From contig JAGLZG010000057.1 of NCBI GenBank assembly GCA_023131705.1, positions 1 to 52,126 on the forward strand: DNA of 52,126 nucleotides. The letters run 5' to 3'. Below the pieces are notes generated by a model, which saw nothing but the letters and a program-made list of their open reading frames with translations, was not told the origin of the DNA and did no database searches. The position numbers were made by a program, and so were the translations under genes. Every line of letters begins with the position of its first letter. Within the stretch, counting starts at the first letter, position 1. The DNA is from Nanobdellota archaeon. Lineage in GTDB: Archaea; Nanobdellota; Nanobdellia; Woesearchaeales; B3-WOES. Positions 9,966 through 17,570 of this stretch are shown here, one piece after another.

Positions 9966-9978
9966 CTCTTATTTATAT

Positions 9979-11301
9979 TTAAGGCTTTAGGTAAGCCATC
10001 CTGTTAAATAAAAACCCCTTAATAATTCCTATTGCTTTCTTTGGCACTTCTATGATGTTATTCTTAATCATCTGCAGTAATGTTATATCCTTCCCTGCAG
10101 GAATCATTCTGCTTCCAAACTGGACTATCAATCCAAGGTTCCACGCAACAAACAGCAGCCCAACAAGAACCAACAGCCATTGTTTCCATCCTTTCTTATT
10201 CAACCAAGCAATCAAATAAGCTAATCCCACTGCAAAAATAAAAGTGCAGTTAACCAATCTACGCTGACCAAAATCATAATGATACCCGCCACCGACAAAA
10301 TTAAGTATTATTAGTTGGGCAATAAAACCAACTGTCAAATACTTTACAACTTCTTTTTGTTTCTTCCAAAAAAGAAATAGCCCAATTAAAGAAAAAATAG
10401 CAATTGGAGTCCAGATAAACAAACCTCTTTCAGTAACACCAAATAATCTAAAGAATAATCTAAACAAACCAATTTTATCAGAACTTATTAAACTAAACCC
10501 ATTAATATTCCATACAATAAATTGTGGAACAAATAATATGGTAAATGCAAGAGCAGAAAGCAAATGCTTGGAAAGCAGATCTTTTATCTTCTTCATATTC
10601 GGCTTTTTAACAGCTTTATAATAGTAAGGAATGACTTCTATTGCTAAAACAGACAAGAACAACACATTCTGGTGTCTTACTAAAGTCATAAGAGCAGCCA
10701 ATATTCCAAGAACAATCCATTGCTTGATATTTCTGTTCTTAATTGTATTAAAAAAATAATACAGAAATGCAGTTACAATAAACATTGAAATAGCGTGGGA
10801 AAGTGATGGCTGTAGATACATATAAAATAAAACAGGCGTTGCAAACCAGATAATGGCAACACTTAATGTTGAAGTAAACTTATCAAAGTATTTTCTTAAA
10901 AAATTGTAGATAAGAATCAATCCTAAAAAAGCATAAAGTGATGAAGCAAAAGTTACGAATAAAACATATAAATAACCATAACCGTCACCTCTGCTAATAA
11001 TATGAGCTAATAAATAAAAAGGGGACCATAATATTGCAGTCCCTATTAAGTATTGGTTTGTTGTTCTTCCTGTCTCTTTTGATATCTTTACACCAATCTC
11101 AGGAAAAATCTTTGTGTAGTGCTCATATTCATTTTCAAGGTTAATATCTTTATCAATAACAGCAGACCTTAGATAGCTGTAATATCCAACCCCATCATTG
11201 CTGTGTATCCAAGGGGTTAAGAGAAAAGGAGTTATTATGATATATGTTATAATCAAGAATAATATTCCTTTGTCCATGTTTTTTAGTTTTTTAAAACACA
11301 T
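9979..11301 (-). CDS. Polytopic membrane protein, GT-C-like glycosyltransferase or polymerase candidate
   Basis: 440 aa, about 11 hydrophobic helices, with a first extracytoplasmic loop carrying HSNDGVGYYSY. No soluble domain. Confidence 0.45.
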   Translation of the reverse strand: MCFKKLKNMDKGILFLIITYIIITPFLLTPWIHSNDGVGYYSYLRSAVIDKDINLENEYEHYTKIFPEIGVKISKETGRTTNQYLIGTAILWSPFYLLAHIISRGDGYGYLYVLFVTFASSLYAFLGLILIYNFLRKYFDKFTSTLSVAIIWFATPVLFYMYLQPSLSHAISMFIVTAFLYYFFNTIKNRNIKQWIVLGILAALMTLVRHQNVLFLSVLAIEVIPYYYKAVKKPNMKKIKDLLSKHLLSALAFTILFVPQFIVWNINGFSLISSDKIGLFRLFFRLFGVTERGLFIWTPIAIFSLIGLFLFWKKQKEVVKYLTVGFIAQLIILNFVGGGYHYDFGQRRLVNCTFIFAVGLAYLIAWLNKKGWKQWLLVLVGLLFVAWNLGLIVQFGSRMIPAGKDITLLQMIKNNIIEVPKKAIGIIKGFLFNRMAYLKP

Positions 11302-11328
11302 TTTTTAATACTTAAAAATCTTTGATTT

Positions 11329-13077
11329 TTAATACTTTCTTTTAAGCATTTTTTCACTTGGGTTAAACCCTATTTTTCCATCCTCTGTTTGATACCATTC
11401 ACCATCAACTTCATAAACAATCCATGAATAACCTATATAATCAATAGGTTTAAATTGTTTTAGCCAATAAAAGCAATTAGGCATTTGAAAATTCATAAAT
11501 TCAACATTCATCACAACCTTTCCTATAAATCCATAACAAGGAGGAACTAAATCTATATCTGGGTGTTTTTCAAAATACCATTTAACTAATAAATCATCTT
11601 GATCATAGTCTATGTTTGAATCTTTGAAATGTGTATGCCCCATTTCCGGACCTCCTGCAATTTCATTGAAATAAGCTGTATGATGTGGAAAGATAGTAAT
11701 TACGCTTATTAATTGCCAACCCAGTAATAAAAAGATAATTATAGGTATAATAAACTTTTTATTTAATTTTATATTTATAAAATTAGAGCCTATTATAAAC
11801 ATAATGGGAAATAGCGGAGCTATGTGTCTTCCACCTATATTCATTTTTAATGTTAGACTTGTAAATATAAATATAAAAAGGAATATAAACAATAAATAAA
11901 GTGTTGAAAATTTCAGTTTAAGCATTTTAAAAAAGATAAATGGCAATAGTATAGCAACCACAAAAAATATCAGTTCTGGAATAGTATTTTTATAAAGCAT
12001 AGAATAAAAATAAAAAGATCTAAAACCAGTAGAAGATCCCTTTCCATTAAGCCAGGAAGCATGAGGCCCTAGTTCTGCATTTGCAGCAGCCTTTGTTGCA
12101 TCTATAGTTGCTATATACTTATAAGGAACAGGCAAGGGAATTTTATTTATAACAGGCATTTTTTCTAAATTTCTGAATGTGTTTGAGTAAGTGGGATATC
12201 TGTGGTTTTCTAATGTTTGGAACATATCATGACATAAGAATAAAGTGTTTAAAACAAAAAGAGCTATAATCATAATAATAAAAAAATGCTTTATCTTCTC
12301 TTTGATATTAATTTTTATTTTCCACCCAAATATTATGAAAATCAAAGCAAACATTATAACGCAATAAGCAGCAGTTATCTTTGTCGCTAATGCAATACCA
12401 AGAGTAACACCAGTTATTATACTATTTTTAAGATTAGATTCTTTCATAAACTTCCATAACCTATATAACGCAAATGTAACAACCAAGGCCAACATTAAAT
12501 CACTTGTTATTAATCTACTTAAAGATATCATCCAAGGTGAAAAAGAATACAAAAACAAAGCTAACAATCCACTTTTTAAGCCATAAATCTCTCTTGACCA
12601 TTTAAAAACTAAATAACCTAAAAGACAGCCAAACAAAGACAAAGCAAAAACATCCCATAATATGAACCTTCTTGGTATAAAAGGCAATTTGGAATTTTCA
12701 GTTACTGGATCTCGTCTGTATTGCTCTCTAAGGATTTTTATTTGGTTATCTGTTAATATGCCCCATTTATAAAAACTAACCCATTCTCCTGTGGAAGCAT
12801 ATTTTTCAATAAATTCTGTCCTGTTTCTTCCAAAATCTGCCATAAACACCAAGGGAAGATTGTGCAGCATACCTAATGGAAATATATTTATCTCTTCAAA
12901 ATCATCTTCTCCTATCAAAAACCCATGCTTTAGATATAAATATCCCCCAAGTATATTTTTTCCACAAGTATCTCTATTGTAGGACTTATATCTCATACTC
13001 CAGTTTACCTGGATTAAAAAAAGCAAAAGCAAAATAACTACAATATACTTGTAATGTTTCTTTAATTCAATTTTCAT
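11329..13077 (-). CDS. Polytopic membrane glycosyltransferase, ArnT/PMT (GT39/GT83)-like
   Basis: 582 aa with an N-terminal anchor, an acidic loop (GEDDFEE), about 11 helices and a soluble C-terminal domain. This architecture is typical of polyprenyl-phosphate-sugar-dependent GT-C enzymes. Confidence 0.5.
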   Translation of the reverse strand: MKIELKKHYKYIVVILLLLFLIQVNWSMRYKSYNRDTCGKNILGGYLYLKHGFLIGEDDFEEINIFPLGMLHNLPLVFMADFGRNRTEFIEKYASTGEWVSFYKWGILTDNQIKILREQYRRDPVTENSKLPFIPRRFILWDVFALSLFGCLLGYLVFKWSREIYGLKSGLLALFLYSFSPWMISLSRLITSDLMLALVVTFALYRLWKFMKESNLKNSIITGVTLGIALATKITAAYCVIMFALIFIIFGWKIKINIKEKIKHFFIIMIIALFVLNTLFLCHDMFQTLENHRYPTYSNTFRNLEKMPVINKIPLPVPYKYIATIDATKAAANAELGPHASWLNGKGSSTGFRSFYFYSMLYKNTIPELIFFVVAILLPFIFFKMLKLKFSTLYLLFIFLFIFIFTSLTLKMNIGGRHIAPLFPIMFIIGSNFINIKLNKKFIIPIIIFLLLGWQLISVITIFPHHTAYFNEIAGGPEMGHTHFKDSNIDYDQDDLLVKWYFEKHPDIDLVPPCYGFIGKVVMNVEFMNFQMPNCFYWLKQFKPIDYIGYSWIVYEVDGEWYQTEDGKIGFNPSEKMLKRKY

Positions 13078-13221
13078 ATAATCCCTTCACTCATTTTTTA
13101 TTCAATATATTTTTAAGATAGGACAACATTCTTTTTAACTCCTCTAAAACATAATTACTCTATACAACCTATCTTTTTTCATATTAATTACCCTTCAGAG
13201 CAAAGTAGTAATTATGTTATA

Positions 13222-13464
13222 TCAATCATTGATACCTTTAGTTACGCCATGTTTTCCTAACAACTTTTTAATATCATTAATATTCTTTATAGACATAACC
13301 TCATCCATATTAAATTTTACATTAAAATTCTTTTCAATCTCCGAAACAAGCATAAGTGTATTAAAAGAGTCCCATGAGTTAATATTATCTGGTGAAGAAT
13401 TATCATTAATTTCCTCTTTGTCAATCCCTAATATATTTGAAACCAATTCCTTCAAAGTTTTCAT
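13222..13464 (-). CDS. Acyl carrier protein
   Basis: 80 aa and acidic, with the phosphopantetheine attachment motif WDSFNTL (DS) followed by helix LVSEIEKNF. GAGGT lies upstream of the ATG. Confidence 0.8.
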   Translation of the reverse strand: MKTLKELVSNILGIDKEEINDNSSPDNINSWDSFNTLMLVSEIEKNFNVKFNMDEVMSIKNINDIKKLLGKHGVTKGIND

Positions 13465-13516
13465 TTCATTACCTCATAAAAATATTATCTTTAATCCTTT
13501 TTTGTTTTGACATTTT

Positions 13517-13936
13517 TTAAGTTTCTTTTTGAGACTCCTTTGTAAGCGTATTAAACCATTTGAATAAACAAAATCTAAAAATAAACATAAAAATAACAAT
13601 AATTGGATTGATTATCACAACCCGAAAGTGTATTATGTCTACAAATAGCCATAATAAAAATATTACTAAAAGATTAAGAAAGATCCAAATAATCATATAT
13701 TTTATAAAATTGCTTTTATTATCATTAAACATTTTTAGTTTCTTATACAAAAAAAACTGAAAGAAGAATATAAATGGAGAAATGAATATAGCTGTTACTG
13801 AAGCCATTAGATGTAAGATATCAACAAAAAACCAGAGCAAAAAAGTGGATACTATGGTTACAATTATTCCAGTTAGGGTATATTTTACAAAATTCATCTT
13901 TTTTAATTTATTGATAATTGATTTTTCTTTTGGCAT
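13517..13936 (-). CDS. GtrA-like small polytopic membrane protein (paralog of 3241-3645)
   Basis: Aligns over its full length with the 3241-3645 product, including the identical block KLKMFNDNKSNF and NPII.IFMFIFRF. Confidence 0.65.
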   Translation of the reverse strand: MPKEKSIINKLKKMNFVKYTLTGIIVTIVSTFLLWFFVDILHLMASVTAIFISPFIFFFQFFLYKKLKMFNDNKSNFIKYMIIWIFLNLLVIFLLWLFVDIIHFRVVIINPIIVIFMFIFRFCLFKWFNTLTKESQKET

Positions 13937-13938
13937 TT

Positions 13939-15741
13939 TTAAATGTCTTTGGTAATTATAAAAAATTTGGGATAATCATATTTATTTTTTAAATCGAAAT
14001 TCCAAATTTCTTTTTCATTAGTTTTCTTCCCAAGTTCAAATTTATTGCTCTTGTAAAAATCTTTTGCAAGGGAGTTCTTTTTTGTGGATATAAATTCCCC
14101 AATCAATTTTTTAATACCTTCTTTCTTTGCTTCTTCAATAATAAAACCAAGAAAAACTTTCTCAATTTCCTTTCCCAATATCCTGCAGCTTAATAAAAAG
14201 CTATCAACAAGCCAATCTTCTTTATTTTTCTTGACTATAGCTATACCTGTTATACCATAATCACCAAACTTGTCCTCAACATCAATACATTTTACAATAT
14301 ATTCTTTAGATTCTGAAAATTTTTTGATATCTGCATCCTGATATCTTCTTGTTGTAAGATTAAACTGGTTTGTTTTTTGGGTAAGCTGTGCTATTCTAGA
14401 TATGTTTGATTTTTTAGCTGAACTAATATTAACCTTGATTCCAAGCTGTTTTAGGAATGATTCAAGATCTTTTACTTTTAATTTTAATTCCCCCCTTTTT
14501 TTCTGGCTAACATACATCTTACCCCTATTTAAGTCCTCACCAGTTATAGTGAATGTGTTAAAGACCTTTAAATCTTCAATAACTTTAGGATAGAGGGAAG
14601 GGTCTTCAGGGAGATCAACAACCATCACCTCTGGAATAAATTTCTTTATTAATTCCCTATTTGTTTTGTCATCATCTAAAAACACAAGGCTGTCAAGACC
14701 AATATTCAACTCTTTTGCTATTTCTCTCGTATTAGTAACTTTGTCTTTCCAATTGATTTTTATGCATGCAAAATTATTTTCCTTGAGTAACATATATTTA
14801 TGTTTTTTCATAACTTCAATAACATCATTATAATTATTCTTGCTATTTATCGCAAGTATAATTCCTCTTTCAAATAGCTCAAGAAGTCTTTTCTGGAAAT
14901 CAAGAAATGGTTTTCCATCTTTTTCAGGTCCTAGTTTTATATTTTCGGTGCCTTCTTCACCAAGAATACCCCCCCATAATGTATTGTCTAAATCGAGAAT
15001 AACGCATTTTTTTGTTGAGGATGTCAATGGGAATATATATGCCATATATTCAATACCAATATTAACCAATGCCATGGGCGAAATTCTCATATCCCCAAGA
15101 TAATACATCTTTCTGTCAACCAGATTTTCATAACCCATCTTTGAACAAAATGAATTAAAGTCAAATATGAATAATTGTGAATCATCTATTGACAACGATT
15201 CAAACATTTCATTAAATCTATGTATAGATTTCTTAAGACCAAATTTTTGCTTGTTCTCAATAATACCTCTGCTTGAGTACAGAGGCACTAAAAGAGTATT
15301 AAACACTATTTTTGCATTTGTATTTTCTTTTAATATATTAATTAACCCCCTTAACTCATCAAACTTTTCCTTAGTATATTTCTCTCTTTGTTTTTCATCC
15401 ATCTTGTACATAGAATCTAACAATTGCTCAGAATCAAGGAGGATAAAGATAATATCTGAGTTAAAATCATATAATTTGCTGGATTTATTAAGAATTTCCT
15501 GCGCATACTGGTTATAAGGAACAGCATATGTTTCGGCATATATCCTTTGTTCAAAACATAATACCTTCATTGTCTCAGCAAGGCCATTAATTGTAAAATT
15601 TGAAAGAAATGCTAGTTTAACATCTTTCATGGATTTCTTTTTTATTAATTTTTTACTTTCATTAATATAATAACTTAAATTATTCTCATTAATTAATTTA
15701 TTTGGTTGTTCTTTCTCCTTTGAAGAGTTTATTTTTTCCAT
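13939..15741 (-). CDS. FkbH-like HAD-IIIC phosphatase / acyl-loading enzyme with C-terminal GNAT-like domain
   Basis: HAD motif I VILDLDNTLWGG, and C-terminal LLSCRILGKEIE with a GNAT-like tail. The 600-aa size matches FkbH-domain proteins. It is adjacent to ACP and AcpS. Confidence 0.7.
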   Translation of the reverse strand: MEKINSSKEKEQPNKLINENNLSYYINESKKLIKKKSMKDVKLAFLSNFTINGLAETMKVLCFEQRIYAETYAVPYNQYAQEILNKSSKLYDFNSDIIFILLDSEQLLDSMYKMDEKQREKYTKEKFDELRGLINILKENTNAKIVFNTLLVPLYSSRGIIENKQKFGLKKSIHRFNEMFESLSIDDSQLFIFDFNSFCSKMGYENLVDRKMYYLGDMRISPMALVNIGIEYMAYIFPLTSSTKKCVILDLDNTLWGGILGEEGTENIKLGPEKDGKPFLDFQKRLLELFERGIILAINSKNNYNDVIEVMKKHKYMLLKENNFACIKINWKDKVTNTREIAKELNIGLDSLVFLDDDKTNRELIKKFIPEVMVVDLPEDPSLYPKVIEDLKVFNTFTITGEDLNRGKMYVSQKKRGELKLKVKDLESFLKQLGIKVNISSAKKSNISRIAQLTQKTNQFNLTTRRYQDADIKKFSESKEYIVKCIDVEDKFGDYGITGIAIVKKNKEDWLVDSFLLSCRILGKEIEKVFLGFIIEEAKKEGIKKLIGEFISTKKNSLAKDFYKSNKFELGKKTNEKEIWNFDLKNKYDYPKFFIITKDI

Positions 15742-15765
15742 TCTTTATTTTTGATATTTTTCAGT

Positions 15766-16101
15766 TTATTTCTCAATCACCACAAAAGCCACTGCATAAT
15801 CATTTGTATGTGAAATGCTACATTTGACCCTATTATTTATTTTGCCATTAATTCTAACTTCTGATTTTCCCGATTCTAAATTTATTATTTCAATATTTTT
15901 AAGTATAATCTTTTTATCGTATGCTTTAATTATTGATTCTTTTGCGCAAAACTTCCCTGCAAAACTCATATAAGGTTTTTTCTTATTTTTACAATATATA
16001 ATTTCCTTATCTGTGAATATTAAGTTTAAAAAATTCTTATTTTCACACGCTTTTTCAAAACGTTTAATATTTTCGATATCCACACCTATTCCTGAAATCA
16101 T
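15766..16101 (-). CDS. acpS: Holo-ACP synthase (4-phosphopantetheinyl transferase, AcpS type)
   Basis: 111 aa with N-terminal GIGVDIENIKRF and KESIIKA motifs, the AcpS size class. Confidence 0.8.
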   Translation of the reverse strand: MISGIGVDIENIKRFEKACENKNFLNLIFTDKEIIYCKNKKKPYMSFAGKFCAKESIIKAYDKKIILKNIEIINLESGKSEVRINGKINNRVKCSISHTNDYAVAFVVIEK

Positions 16102-16184
16102 ATTCTTTCAATCCAGTTCTATAATATTATTCTTTTAAAATAAATTTAGTTATCCTATACTTTTAATTGTATTGTATTCTATTA

Positions 16185-16721
16185 TTAATTTGTCTTTCTA
16201 ATTACTTTTGCTGGAACGCCCACAGCAATACTATTAGATGGTATATTTTTATTGACGACAGAGCCTGGCCCTATTATAGCTTCGTCCCCTACATCCGCCA
16301 TAACTACTGTATTACTACCTACCCAAGAGTGTTTGCCTATCTTAATTGGAATTTTTTTTGGAGGATAAAATTTTTCGAGTATATTACCAGCTTTTGAATG
16401 ACTTATAATAGTACAATTAGGACCCATACTGGCATAGTCTGATATATCCACCCTATCATAAACGTCTATTAAAATTCCTGGTTCTATATGTGCAAATTTA
16501 CCTATTTTTAGGTTCTTTAAAGACCCAATATCATAGTTAATTAGATTGATATTATATATTATAGCATTATAACTAATCTTTGCCCCTAAGATATTCAAAA
16601 ATAAAATTCTTAATGGAGAATAAGGCAATAACTTTAATACAACCTCTAACAAAGGACTTAAAATAAGATATTTTAAAATAACCTTAACTCCTCTTTCTTT
16701 TATTATCTTCATTAAAATCAT
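16185..16721 (-). CDS. Hexapeptide-repeat (LbH) acyl/acetyltransferase with N-terminal hydrophobic segment
   Basis: C-terminal hexapeptide repeats IGKHSWVGSNTVVMADVGDEAIIGPGSVVNKNIPSNSIAVGVPAKVI. Confidence 0.75.
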   Translation of the reverse strand: MILMKIIKERGVKVILKYLILSPLLEVVLKLLPYSPLRILFLNILGAKISYNAIIYNINLINYDIGSLKNLKIGKFAHIEPGILIDVYDRVDISDYASMGPNCTIISHSKAGNILEKFYPPKKIPIKIGKHSWVGSNTVVMADVGDEAIIGPGSVVNKNIPSNSIAVGVPAKVIRKTN

Positions 16722-16834
16722 TATATTCCCCCGAAATTCTATTATTTTAGCATACTTAAAAACTTTGCGGAAATTAGTTTTATTTAAATAAACAAAGTAT
16801 TTATAAATAAATAAATTTTATCTTTGCTTGAGGG

Positions 16835-17545
16835 GTGTATTATATGTTATCAGTTATTATTCCTGCTTATAATGAAGAAAAAAGAATAGGTAAAACCTTG
16901 GAGAGGATTATTTCTTATTTGGATTCTAAAAAGTATAGTTATGAAATTATTGTAGTGGATGATGGAAGCAGGGATAGAACAAGGGATGTTGTTAGGGGAG
17001 TTAGGAATGTAAAGATAAATAAAAAAAGAAAAAACATGGGAAAAGGGTATTCTGTTAAGGAAGGTATGTTAATTGCTAAAGGAGATTATCTATTATTCTC
17101 AGATGCGGATTTATCAACACCTATTGAAGAATTAGAAAAATTAATGAACTATATTAAAAAATATGATGTTATTATAGGATCAAGGGCCCTTAAAGAATCC
17201 GATATCCAGATAAGACAACCTTTTTACAGAGAGTATATGGGTAAAATATTTAATTTCTTTGTACAAATATTAACAGTTAAGGGAATAAGGGATACACAGT
17301 GCGGCTTTAAGTTATTCACAAAAAAAGCAGCAAAAGAGATATTTAGCAAGCAAAAAATAGATGGTTTTGGATTTGATGTTGAGGTGTTATTTATTGCTAG
17401 AAAAAAAGGATTTAAAATTAAGGAAGTTCCTATTGTTTGGAGAAATAGCATAAACACCAAGGTAAGTCCTGTAAAAGATTCTGTTAGGATGTTTTATGAT
17501 ATTTTAAAGGTAAGATTAAATAGTATGAAAGGAAAATACAGGTAA
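16835..17545 (+). CDS. GT2 polyprenyl-phosphate glycosyltransferase (CsbB/Alg5/dolichyl-phosphate glucosyltransferase-like)
   Basis: SVIIPAYNEEKRIGKTL, VVDDGSRDRT and FSDADLSTP. It lies directly upstream of a YfhO-family gene. Confidence 0.8.
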   Translation: MYYMLSVIIPAYNEEKRIGKTLERIISYLDSKKYSYEIIVVDDGSRDRTRDVVRGVRNVKINKKRKNMGKGYSVKEGMLIAKGDYLLFSDADLSTPIEELEKLMNYIKKYDVIIGSRALKESDIQIRQPFYREYMGKIFNFFVQILTVKGIRDTQCGFKLFTKKAAKEIFSKQKIDGFGFDVEVLFIARKKGFKIKEVPIVWRNSINTKVSPVKDSVRMFYDILKVRLNSMKGKYR

Positions 17546-17570
17546 AATATTTGAAAGGTCGGTAAAGAAT

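Noticed and set aside
13214-13510. 98-aa plus-strand ORF overlapping the ACP gene
   Set aside because: It is antisense to a clear ACP with a DS motif and a GAGGT ribosome-binding site, and it has no recognisable features.
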